Shown: positions 37,799 to 46,328 of the stretch, piece after piece
Position numbering within the stretch: the first letter of the stretch is position 1
How the letters are laid out: the number at the start of each line of letters is the position of its first letter
Assembly: GCA_018304165.1 (NCBI GenBank)
Contig: JAGVWS010000033.1
Coordinates: 60 to 64,059 of the forward strand
Source: Candidatus Pacearchaeota archaeon
Lineage (GTDB): Archaea > Nanobdellota > Nanobdellia > Pacearchaeales > GW2011-AR1
Direction: 5' to 3'
Length of the DNA stretch: 64,000 nucleotides
Made by a program: the position numbers and the translations under genes
Notes under the pieces: generated by a model
Seen by the model: only the letters and a program-made list of their open reading frames with translations
Database searches by the model: none
What the model was told of the DNA's origin: nothing

Positions 37799-38915
37799 TC
37801 ACTCATACCTTAGGGCATCAACGGGCTTTAGATTTGAAGCTCTCAATGCGGGCACTACTCCTGAAAATGCTCCAATAAGGAAGGAGAATGCAAGGCAGCT
37901 AATTATTAAAGGAGCCCCGATATATGCTTTGAGCAAATTCGTTTCAAGTTGGTTTATTGCTATAAATTCAACGGTCTTGCTTACTCCAATCCCCAGTAAA
38001 ACTCCAACAATTCCTCCAACCAGTCCTATTAACCCCGCTTCAATGAGGAAAATCATCATAATGTCTTTATTCTTAGCCCCAACAGCCTTCATCACTCCAA
38101 TATCCTTTGTTCTTTCAAGCACTGAAGTAAACATTTCCGAGGAGTTCTTCCGGAGTTAAAATATTAAAATCCTGAGTTTTTTCAGTTACTCCTCTTGCTT
38201 TCCTTAACTCTTCTTCCACATCTCCTGCAACTTTAATTAAATCCTCTCCCTCATCAACCTGTATGACGCTCCAGTCCACTCTTTCAGATATATTGAAGAA
38301 CTCCCTGAATCTTTCTATGTCCATTATTATTAATCTGTCATCGTCTGGGTTTCCAATTTTCTTTATAATGCCTCTCACCTTGAATTTTTCTTCGTTAAGA
38401 GAGAGCGAATCGCCCGATCTGATTTCCCTGCCAAATAGGTTTCCTGTCTTGTGCAAATTCCCCAAAACTATCCCGCTCTCCCCCTTTCTTATGAATCTTC
38501 CCTCATCTATCTTGTAATTTCCCATTTCAATATACAGTTCTGTTTCAGTCTTCATTCCCCAGACCATCATGTATCTTACATTGTCATTAAATTCCACCCT
38601 TGCATTTCCAACGACTGCAGGAAGAACATCTCTTACTCCTTTCACATTTTCTATAACTCTTACATCTTCATCTGTAAGAATCACTCCCCCGACGCTTCCC
38701 GGAGGTCCTAAAAAGCCTGTTCCTGGCTGAATGAAGAATTTGTCCGTCCCAAGAGATTTAAATTGCTCCTCAACGGCGTTTTGCAGCCCCAATGATAAAC
38801 TGATAAGCATGAAGATTGTCGCAACAGAAACAAAAATTCCTATTATAGCGAGGGCAGTCCTAAGCTTCCGCCTCTTCAGATTCTTTAACGCCAGTAACAT
38901 ATAGTCTCTCATCAT
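37799..38915 (-). pseudogene. MacB/FtsX-type ABC permease 2, split by deletion plus frameshift at about 38135 (possible assembly artefact)
   Basis: ORFs 38115-38915 and 37799-38134 are the N- and C-halves; the TM helix normally before MFTSVLER is missing. Confidence 0.75.
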
Positions 38916-38957
38916 TTTGCTTTCCTTTATCTCATTTTTTATCTTTGTTCATTCTCT

Positions 38958-40111
38958 TTATTTTCTTAAAGCTTCAACCACATTTAGTCTGCTTGCCCTT
39001 CTCGCAGGAGTTATTCCGGATAATACTCCTATGAAGAACGAAAATACCACTGCTCCTATAAGCAGGGGATAGGATATTTCTGCCGCAAGAAGCTCTACCC
39101 CCAAAGCCCGGTTTGCCATTGCAGAAACTCCGAGAGCTGCTCCAATACCAATCACTGCTCCCACTACTCCTCCTATAAGCCCGAACAATCCTGCTTCAAT
39201 GAGGAAAATCATCATAATGTCTTTATTCTTAGCCCCAACAGCCTTCATCACTCCAATATCCTTTGTTCTTTCAAGCACTGAAGTAAACATTTTACTATGT
39301 CAAGGATAGTGCTTACAGATTCCAGGGCCTGAAGAGGAGTTTCAACGCTGAAGCTCTCCTCTCCAAATTTTTCGTTCCTGTCCTTTCTCATCTTTTTTTC
39401 AATTTCAGAAGCTACCTTTTCAATATTATCCTCTTCATGGACTTTTGCGACAATGAGGTCATATTCATCTCCTATACCAAGAGTTTCCTTCATGTCCCTG
39501 TTTGGCATTAATATTGCTCCATTGACTGCGAAGGTGCTCGCAGGCTCGAGGATTCCGATGACTTCAAAATTCCTTCCGTTAATCCTGAGCTTGCTTCCAA
39601 CCCTTATCTTCTTTTCAAAAATATTTTCCTTAGCTATCTCCGAGCCGAGCATTATCTTACTTTTGTCATCATTTCTTAGAAGCCTGCCTTCGCCAATCCT
39701 TGCGTCTATTACATCATATACGACATCCGCATCTTCTTCATCCTGCGGCAAGTCTCCAACATAAACAAATCTTGATACTTTGTTATATTCAACGCTTGTG
39801 ACTCTTATCAGTCGCGTGATTGTATTCCTTACTCCTGAAACTTCTTCTATAATCTTCAAATCATTATTATTCAACTTCTCAACAACTGCGCTTCCCGGTG
39901 GGGCGAAGCCAGTCTGCTTATTCTGTATTGTCAGAACATCCAATGAAAGCCCTCCAAACTGCCCCGTTATCGCTCTCTCAAGCCCGCTTCCGAGAGTAAT
40001 TAAGGAAACAACTGCCGCAATGCCTATAAAAATTCCAAGCAGGGTCAGCCAGCTCCTCAATCCTCTGTGCCTTAGGTCGCTCATCGCAAGAGAGAAATAA
40101 TTTTTAATCAT
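38958..40111 (-). pseudogene. MacB/FtsX-type ABC permease 1, split by deletion plus frameshift at about 39291 (possible assembly artefact)
   Basis: ORFs 39248-40111 and 38958-39290; RSWLTLLGIFIG, SVLERTKDIGVMKAVGA; same missing helix. Confidence 0.75.
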
Positions 40112-40183
40112 AAAAATTCTTCCAGGATTTGAATTTTTTGGCTTAAAAATTTAGAAATCCGAAAATTTTTAATCATGGGCTCA

Positions 40184-41077
40184 TCACCCCCTGCTCATCA
40201 TCTTCTTTCTCGCTCTTCTCTTTTTTATAATTCTCCAGACGCTCCATAAAATTATAACCAGTGCAATTAATAAAATTATTATTCCCGTATTGCTCTCTTT
40301 TATTATCCCCAGCTCAACTGCTCTTTCTCTGCTATATACTGTTAAGAGTATCTGTATATTCTCAACTATTTTCTTGTTATCAAAGTCCCTGTATTCTACT
40401 GCAGCGTTCATGACAGGAGAAAGGCTGTTCAGGTAAACATCAAAGCCCGCAGTTTCAAAATCATCTGAATCAACACTCCCTATATAAACTTCTTCATCTG
40501 AAAGAAGAGTGTAACCCTGCGGAGTTAATTTCACTGAGACAAATCTTGCATCAGCAAATCCCTTATTAATTATTTTGAGATTTATTCTTGTCTGTTCGTT
40601 AATAACGGGCCTTTCAATTGAAGCAGAGTATTCAAGTGAAGGATTTCCCCTTATTGTTATCCCTATATTTCCATTTTCAGTTTTTGTCACATTCTCCAAT
40701 TCATATTTAATGATATAAGGAATAACATAATCCCCCGGCTTTGCGGAGCCTGAAGCCTTTATTTCAAATGTGAATGTTTCATCATCATCTTCATTTATCT
40801 CATCGGCAGAATCCTGCGAGCTTCCAATGACTGAAAAAGGAGTTCCCGCAGTATTGACTGACAAAGAAACATCTTTAACGTCTCTTGAGAAATCATTATC
40901 CACTTTAATTGTCAGGGCGCTCTGGCTTCCCGGAGTTAAAGTAGAATAATCCACTGATTTTATAGTAAGAGCAGAAGCATAACCTGCACTTGCCAATACT
41001 ATTATTATAGCTGTGATTGATAATAGTGCAAGAGCTACTTTGATATTCCTGCCATTCATGCCATCCATGCCATCCAT
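40184..41077 (-). CDS. COG1361-like S-layer-domain protein associated with MacB-type ABC transporter
   Basis: Signal peptide, two Ig-like domains (PGDYVIP, NKGFADA), C-terminal TM with basic tail; MDG-MDG-MNG start stutter. Confidence 0.75.
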   Translation of the reverse strand: MDGMDGMNGRNIKVALALLSITAIIIVLASAGYASALTIKSVDYSTLTPGSQSALTIKVDNDFSRDVKDVSLSVNTAGTPFSVIGSSQDSADEINEDDDETFTFEIKASGSAKPGDYVIPYIIKYELENVTKTENGNIGITIRGNPSLEYSASIERPVINEQTRINLKIINKGFADARFVSVKLTPQGYTLLSDEEVYIGSVDSDDFETAGFDVYLNSLSPVMNAAVEYRDFDNKKIVENIQILLTVYSRERAVELGIIKESNTGIIILLIALVIILWSVWRIIKKRRARKKMMSRG

Positions 41078-41170
41078 ATAACTCCCAATTTGGCCAGCTT
41101 TAAAAACCTTATGTAATAGTCATTTAAAAGTTAGGACAAAGTTTAAATACTCCTCCCTCATAGAAAAAAC

Positions 41171-41992
41171 ATGGAAATTTATAAAAGGCACAGGGGAAAT
41201 TTTGCAGTTGCTCTAGGAAAATTAGCCAGAGCTAAAACAAAGCAAGCCTTTGCAACACCTGCGCAGGGTATGCAGGAAAGAATGCGGCAGGGAATTGAAG
41301 CGGATATTTCTACAGAGGGAGCATGGTATAATGCAAGCTTTAATGAAGTTGGCGGAAGAATTCTCGGAACAAGGGCAGAATTTAATCCATTAATTGATTG
41401 CGCTGAACAGGCAGTAGAATCCACGAGAATAGGAGAGTTTTATTTAGAAGGAGTTTTAATTAATGGAAATCCTGCATCAGAAGTTCTTGCTGAAGCTGCG
41501 GAAAGAGATGCACAAAAACCAATTCATAAAAGACGGGTTGCAGATTTTGGGCAGATGAAGACCCATGATGTTCCGGCTGACTGCTTTGGAGATGATGATA
41601 CAATTGTATTTCTTGCAGAAAGCAAGGCAGGAGCGAATAAGTATGGGTCATGGTTGAGAAAAAATGCAGGAGTTAAGGAATCAAGAGTCCGTATGCAGGA
41701 TATAGATGGGAAGGATAAATCAAGAGGATTTTGGCTTGGCAGGCTTGCTGATGACGGCAGGTCTGATTTCTATTGCGACGACAGGTTCCTCGGCAATGGC
41801 GGCGGCTCTCTGTTTGGGGTATATGAAAGTGCCGAAGGCACACAAAAAATTTCTGAACAGCATGAACATGCTGAACAAAGAAGAATCATTTCTCCGAATT
41901 TGTCAGACATGCTTAAATATTCAAGGCCCTTTGTTCATTCAAGAGACTGGAAAGATTTTGAAAGAGGATTAAGGGCAAAATTTGAAAAGTGA
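41171..41992 (+). CDS. DGR target (variable) protein, putative CLec-like fold
   Basis: Contains the variable repeat 41732-41821 (W188-V217: WLGRLADDGRSDFYCDDRFLGNGGGSLFGV). Confidence 0.85.
   Translation: MEIYKRHRGNFAVALGKLARAKTKQAFATPAQGMQERMRQGIEADISTEGAWYNASFNEVGGRILGTRAEFNPLIDCAEQAVESTRIGEFYLEGVLINGNPASEVLAEAAERDAQKPIHKRRVADFGQMKTHDVPADCFGDDDTIVFLAESKAGANKYGSWLRKNAGVKESRVRMQDIDGKDKSRGFWLGRLADDGRSDFYCDDRFLGNGGGSLFGVYESAEGTQKISEQHEHAEQRRIISPNLSDMLKYSRPFVHSRDWKDFERGLRAKFEK
41732..41821 (+). repeat. DGR variable repeat (VR)
   Basis: Ungapped 90-bp match to 42340-42429; 15 mismatches, 14 at TR adenines. Confidence 0.93.
41829..41841 (+). promoter_or_regulatory. DGR cis-acting hairpin downstream of VR
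   Basis: GTGCC-GAA-GGCAC, GC stem with GAA triloop, 7 nt after VR. Confidence 0.75.
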
Positions 41993-42339
41993 TATTTTTT
42001 AAAGTATATCTCTGTCTAATTGAGTTCTGGCGCAGCCAGAACTACACGCCGGTTTACTAGGGCATATTTAACTTCATTTTACGCCATAAAATTCAGAAGC
42101 GACATTGAGTAGCGATGAAGAAACTAAGAGTGCGCAGAGCGAAACTGAGAAAACAAAAGTTTTCGAGGACTCAAGATGTCAAAATTAAAATAATTTTGAG
42201 CACATTCAAAAATTAACATTTTTGATGAGTGACCTTCTTGAAGTATGAAGCTTCAGTGTGCAGATTAAATTCTGCTCTGTACGGGCAAGATTCTCGGCAT
42301 GAAAGAAATTTCATGAGGTAAACTGGCTACACTGTGTCT

Positions 42340-42429
42340 TGGCTCAACAGGCTTGCTGATGACAACAGGTCTGATTTCAATTGCAACAACAGGAACCTCG
42401 ACAATGACGACGGCTCTCTGTTTGGAATA
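42340..42429 (+). ncRNA. DGR template repeat (TR)
   Basis: Non-coding, 26 adenines, 7 AAY codons in the target frame; adenine-specific mismatches to VR. Confidence 0.92.
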
Positions 42430-42525
42430 GTTTTGGCTGCCAGAACATTGTTGTGGATAAATAATCTGCGGAATATCTAATGCTGAAAACAGCTAATTGT
42501 CAAAACTTTTTAAGAATTTGACAGA

Positions 42526-43230
42526 TTACTTTTTCTTCCTTGATTTTGTTATTCTCTCCACTCTTCCATCCTTGACGTGATAGATTGTCCTTGCATGCTT
42601 CTTTGCCAGTTCAGCATCATGGGTTACCATTATTATTGTCTTTCCTTTTTTGTTTAATTCTTCCAGAAATTTCATTATTTTTTCTCCGGTCTTTGTATCA
42701 AGGTTTCCCGTAGGCTCGTCGGCCAGTATTACATCAGGATTATTAGCAAGGGCTCTTGCTATTGCAACTCTCTGCTGCTGCCCTCCGGAAAGCTGGCCGG
42801 GATAGTGGTTTGCTCTGTCAGATAATTCCACTAATTCTAGCAGCTCATCAGCCCTGGCCTCTCTTTCACTCTCATCAATGTCCTGGAAGAGCATCGGGAG
42901 CATTATGTTTTCCCTTGCTGTCAGATTCGGCACGAGATTGAACTGCTGGAAAATAAATCCTATTTTTCTCCCCCTTATCTGCGCGAGGTCTGATTCCGGA
43001 AGATGTTCTATATTGAGCCCATCAAGATAAATATCTCCCTTCGTCGCCAGGTCCAGGCTTCCTACTAAATTCATAGCACTTGATTTCCCGCTTCCGCTCG
43101 GACCCATTATCGCCACAAAATCACCCTTGTTAATTTCAAGATTAATGCCATCTATTGCTTTGACGATAGCCTCTCCCATCTCATAATACTTCGCGACGTT
43201 TTCCAGGCGGATTAATTCTCTGTTATTCAT
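42526..43230 (-). CDS. ABC transporter ATP-binding protein (LolD/MacB type)
   Basis: [38 protein letters not shown]; true start MNNRELI (track extension overlaps rpoN). Confidence 0.95.
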   Translation of the reverse strand: MNNRELIRLENVAKYYEMGEAIVKAIDGINLEINKGDFVAIMGPSGSGKSSAMNLVGSLDLATKGDIYLDGLNIEHLPESDLAQIRGRKIGFIFQQFNLVPNLTARENIMLPMLFQDIDESEREARADELLELVELSDRANHYPGQLSGGQQQRVAIARALANNPDVILADEPTGNLDTKTGEKIMKFLEELNKKGKTIIMVTHDAELAKKHARTIYHVKDGRVERITKSRKKK

Positions 43231-43281
43231 AAGATTATCATGAGAGGAAAGCTTTAAAAATATGCTTTTTATGAAGAATAT

Positions 43282-43479
43282 ATGATCATAGTCATCCGTT
43301 GTATGAGCTGCGGCAAACCCATTGCGCACTTGTACGAAAAGTTTAAACAGCGTACTGCCAATGGAGAATCTGCGCGGGACGTTCTTGATGATCTTGGACT
43401 CAAGAGATATTGCTGCCGCTCCGCTTTCATGGGTCAGGTTGATTTGATTGAGGAGATTTCTAAATTCAAAAAATCTTGA
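43282..43479 (+). CDS. rpoN: RNA polymerase subunit Rpo10/N
   Basis: IRCMSCGK...LDDLGLKRYCCR. Confidence 0.95.
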   Translation: MIIVIRCMSCGKPIAHLYEKFKQRTANGESARDVLDDLGLKRYCCRSAFMGQVDLIEEISKFKKS

Positions 43480-43583
43480 AGATTTGATTTTTTGAGCCAC
43501 GAAAATTGAAAATTTTTGATGTTTAAGAAGAGTTAAAAAATCCTTATCTGATAAGCTCCATAATCAACCTAATATGTGTAATC

Positions 43584-43751
43584 CGCTCAGATTATAATAA
43601 GTTGCATGATTTGTATTAGTGATAATTAATTCTGCAAAACGCTCAGATTATAATAAGTTGCATGATTTGTATTAGTGATAATTAATTCTGCAAAACGCTC
43701 AGATTATACTATGTTGTATGATTTGTATTAGTGATAATTAATTCTGCAAAA
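43584..43751. repeat. Tandem repeat 3 x 56 bp
   Basis: CGCTCAGATTATA..TCTGCAAAA at 43584, 43640, 43696. Confidence 0.93.
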
Positions 43752-43774
43752 TTAGTTGACATATAAAATATTGG

Positions 43775-44032
43775 TTATTTTATTGCCCATCTTCTCTTCG
43801 TTCCACAATTACTGCACACAATTACTTTCAGATTATTTTTTATTCTTATCTTATCATTAAAGTTATAGATGCGATAGCACTTCTGGCAGAACCTTCTTTT
43901 AAGCTTTCCAAGTTTAAAATTAATTGACATAGCTTTCTTCTTGATCTTTCTTATCTGTTCAGGTGTTTTATCTTTAAGATTTTCAAAGAACTTGTCAACC
44001 TCGTTCTTTATTTCTTCGCGGTTTTTGGGCAT
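43775..44032 (-). CDS. rnp4: RNase P protein Rpp21/Rpr2-like
   Basis: KRRFCQKC...IRIK...VCSNCGTKRR zinc ribbon. Confidence 0.8.
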   Translation of the reverse strand: MPKNREEIKNEVDKFFENLKDKTPEQIRKIKKKAMSINFKLGKLKRRFCQKCYRIYNFNDKIRIKNNLKVIVCSNCGTKRRWAIK

Positions 44033-44089
44033 GAAAGACTAAATATCTTCACTTATAAAAACCTTGGGTGCTCAAAATTAAAGAATGAC

Positions 44090-44203
44090 GAAGACAGCAC
44101 CCAAGCTTCGCCTCTTGTGGGAGACTAACACAGTAGGCGTAACCTGCTTGACTTCCGAGTTCGGGATGAGTTCGGGTATTTCCAGGTTACTATGGCCGTC
44201 TTC
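44090..44203 (-). rRNA. rrf: 5S rRNA (unlinked, about 114 nt)
   Basis: GAAGACGGCCATAG...CCCGAACTCATCCCGAACTCGGAAGTCAAGC...GCTGTCTTC with terminal helix. Confidence 0.9.
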
Positions 44204-44265
44204 TGGATTAGGGAAACTTAAAGGTATTTAAAGCTTGTGTTATGCAATATTTTAGGGAAGTTGAA

Positions 44266-44349
44266 GCAGGAGTAGCGAAGTGGTCAAACGCGCGGGACTC
44301 AAGATCCCGTCCTTTAGTAGGTTCGGAGGTTCAAATCCTTCCTCCTGCA
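44266..44349 (+). tRNA. tRNA-Leu(CAA)
   Basis: GCAGGAG/CTCCTGC-A, anticodon arm CGGGA-CT-CAA-GA-TCCCG, long variable arm. Confidence 0.95.
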
Positions 44350-44358
44350 TCTTGGAAA

Positions 44359-44850
44359 ATGTATGACTCACAAAAAGCACACTATATTGTTGTAACTGGA
44401 ATAATCATAAAAGATGGAAAATTCCTAATTACTAAAAGAGCACCAACAGAGAAGGCGTTCCCAAATCAATGGACTGTTCCAGGAGGAAAATTAGAATTAA
44501 AAGATTATCTAAATAGGCCAAAGGACACTTCCTCTCATTGGTACAATATCTTTGAAGAATTGTTAAAAAGAGAGGTCATGGAGGAAGTCGGACTGAAAAT
44601 TAAGAATCTTGGTTATTTGACAAGCCTTTCTTATATTCGTTCAGATAGCATTCCCACAATAATAGTCAGCCTTTTTGCTGATTATGATGATGGAGAAATA
44701 AAACTCTGCTCAGCACTTACAGAGTATGCTTGGGTTACATTAGAAGAAGCAAAGAGTTATGACTTGATTGAAGGAATCTATGAAGAATTAGGAATGCTGG
44801 ATAGGCTTCTAAAGGGTGATTCTGCTGGTACTTGGGAAAAGAGAGGTTAA
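44359..44850 (+). CDS. NUDIX hydrolase
   Basis: WTVPGGKLE...LKREVMEEVG; true start MYDSQK (track ORF reads through the tRNA). Confidence 0.88.
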   Translation: MYDSQKAHYIVVTGIIIKDGKFLITKRAPTEKAFPNQWTVPGGKLELKDYLNRPKDTSSHWYNIFEELLKREVMEEVGLKIKNLGYLTSLSYIRSDSIPTIIVSLFADYDDGEIKLCSALTEYAWVTLEEAKSYDLIEGIYEELGMLDRLLKGDSAGTWEKRG

Positions 44851-44905
44851 ACTTCTTTCTACATAAAAGATACTTTTAAAATACAAACTCTCTTGTTTAA
44901 TTCAT

Positions 44906-44981
44906 GCACTCGTAGCTCAGCTTGGATTAGAGCGAAAGGTTCCTAACCTTTAGGTCGCAGGTTCAAATCCTGCCGAGTGCG
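44906..44981 (+). tRNA. tRNA-Arg(CCT)
   Basis: GCACTCG/CGAGTGC-G, AAAGG-TT-CCT-AA-CCTTT. Confidence 0.95.
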
Positions 44982-45088
44982 TTTTTGAATTACGACAGGA
45001 TTTTCGATTATCTTTAAAACTCCTCGAGAGAGTTTTAAACCTATAACAAGAAACATTTAAAACTCTCTTAAATCAAATAAATTATAAA

Positions 45089-45160
45089 GCATCGGTCGTA
45101 TAGTGGTTAGTATCTCAGCCTTCCAAGCTGATGACCGGGGTTCAAATCCCCGCCGATGCA
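45089..45160 (+). tRNA. tRNA-Gly(TCC)
   Basis: GCATCGG/CCGATGC-A, TCAGC-CT-TCC-AA-GCTGA. Confidence 0.95.
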
Positions 45161-45173
45161 TAAAAGATAAGAA

Positions 45174-46328
45174 ATGGACAAGGAAAAATTATCAAAATTG
45201 TATGATAAGTATTACCTGCTCTTAGCGCTGATTCCTGTTGTTCTGGTAATTAGCTCTCTTGTATATCTTGCTGGCTTTTATTCTCAGAACGGCAGTTTTA
45301 TCGCTAAGGATGTTTCTCTGTCAGGAGGAACTACTATCACTCTTACTGATCCTTCAACCCTTTCTGATCTCTCTGATGCCGAGTTCCTTCTCAGTTCAAA
45401 GATTCCTGATGCTAATTTCAGAAGACTGACCGATATCAGGACTAGCTCTCCCCTGGCTCTTGTTCTTGAATCTTCTCTTAGTCCTGAAGAGCTGAAACCA
45501 CTTATCAAAGAAGCTCTTGGTTATGAGTTAACTTCTGAGAATTCAAGTATAGAATTTAGCGGGCCATCAATCAGTAATTCTTTTTATTCTGAGCTTTTAA
45601 GAGTTGTTCTATTATCCTTCATCCTCATGGGTCTTGTTGTCTTCATGATTTTTGGCACCAGCAGGTTCTTTAAATCTCTTGCCCTTTTATTATCTGTTCT
45701 TGCTATAAGGCTGACTTTTCCCCTTAGTTCTGGCTTGATGATTTTTGTTATCCTTGTTGTTACAGGTTCTTTGGTTTACTGCTTGCTGAAACTTGAGAAG
45801 AAGAAGCAGAATTATCTTATTCTGCTTCTTGGTATTGTTTTTGCTGTAGTCTCAATAATTTATCCTGCCTATTTTTTGATTTATGTTCTTTTAGTCTTTT
45901 TATTGCTGGTTTACATCTTTAACAGCGTCCCAAGCATAGCTGTTATTTTTGCCGCTTTTTCTGACTTAGTGTTGACTGCCGCAGTTATTGATATTCTTGG
46001 CATTAGGGTTTCTGCTCCCGGACTTGTCGCTTTCCTGATGCTCATTGGTTATAGTGTTGATACGGATATATTGCTTACTAATAAAGCCCTGAGAGGTTCC
46101 GGAAGCATTAACTCCAGAATTTATGATGCTTTCAGGACAGGATCCTTCATGACCCTTACAGCTCTTGCGGCTGTCCTTCCTGCATTCTTACTGATTACAG
46201 GCCTTCCCGATGCTTTCAGGCAGATCTTTCTCGTTGTTTCCATTGGATTAGTTGCTGACTTGTTCAATACATGGCTTACTAATTCAGGCATAATTAAATG
46301 GTACTGCCAAAGGAAGGGGATGATATGA
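45174..46328 (+). CDS. secF: Protein translocase subunit SecF (with extra TM insertion)
   Basis: DVSLSGGT, GPS, LMLIGYSVDTDILLT, DLFNTWLTN. Confidence 0.9.
   Translation: MDKEKLSKLYDKYYLLLALIPVVLVISSLVYLAGFYSQNGSFIAKDVSLSGGTTITLTDPSTLSDLSDAEFLLSSKIPDANFRRLTDIRTSSPLALVLESSLSPEELKPLIKEALGYELTSENSSIEFSGPSISNSFYSELLRVVLLSFILMGLVVFMIFGTSRFFKSLALLLSVLAIRLTFPLSSGLMIFVILVVTGSLVYCLLKLEKKKQNYLILLLGIVFAVVSIIYPAYFLIYVLLVFLLLVYIFNSVPSIAVIFAAFSDLVLTAAVIDILGIRVSAPGLVAFLMLIGYSVDTDILLTNKALRGSGSINSRIYDAFRTGSFMTLTALAAVLPAFLLITGLPDAFRQIFLVVSIGLVADLFNTWLTNSGIIKWYCQRKGMI

Noticed and set aside
38115-39292. Programmed ribosomal frameshift in the two permeases
   Set aside because: The two junctions need different frame corrections and coding sequence is missing, so slippage alone cannot restore the proteins
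41993-42339. Possible avd or RT remnant between DGR target and TR
   Set aside because: No ORF of 60 aa or more and no recognisable Avd or YxDD motif; the region is mostly hairpins
43231-43500. N-terminal 90 aa of the 324-aa ABC ATPase ORF
   Set aside because: It is the antisense of rpoN; the ATPase begins at 43230
44242-44358. N-terminal extension of the NUDIX ORF
   Set aside because: Reads through tRNA-Leu(CAA); the real start is 44359
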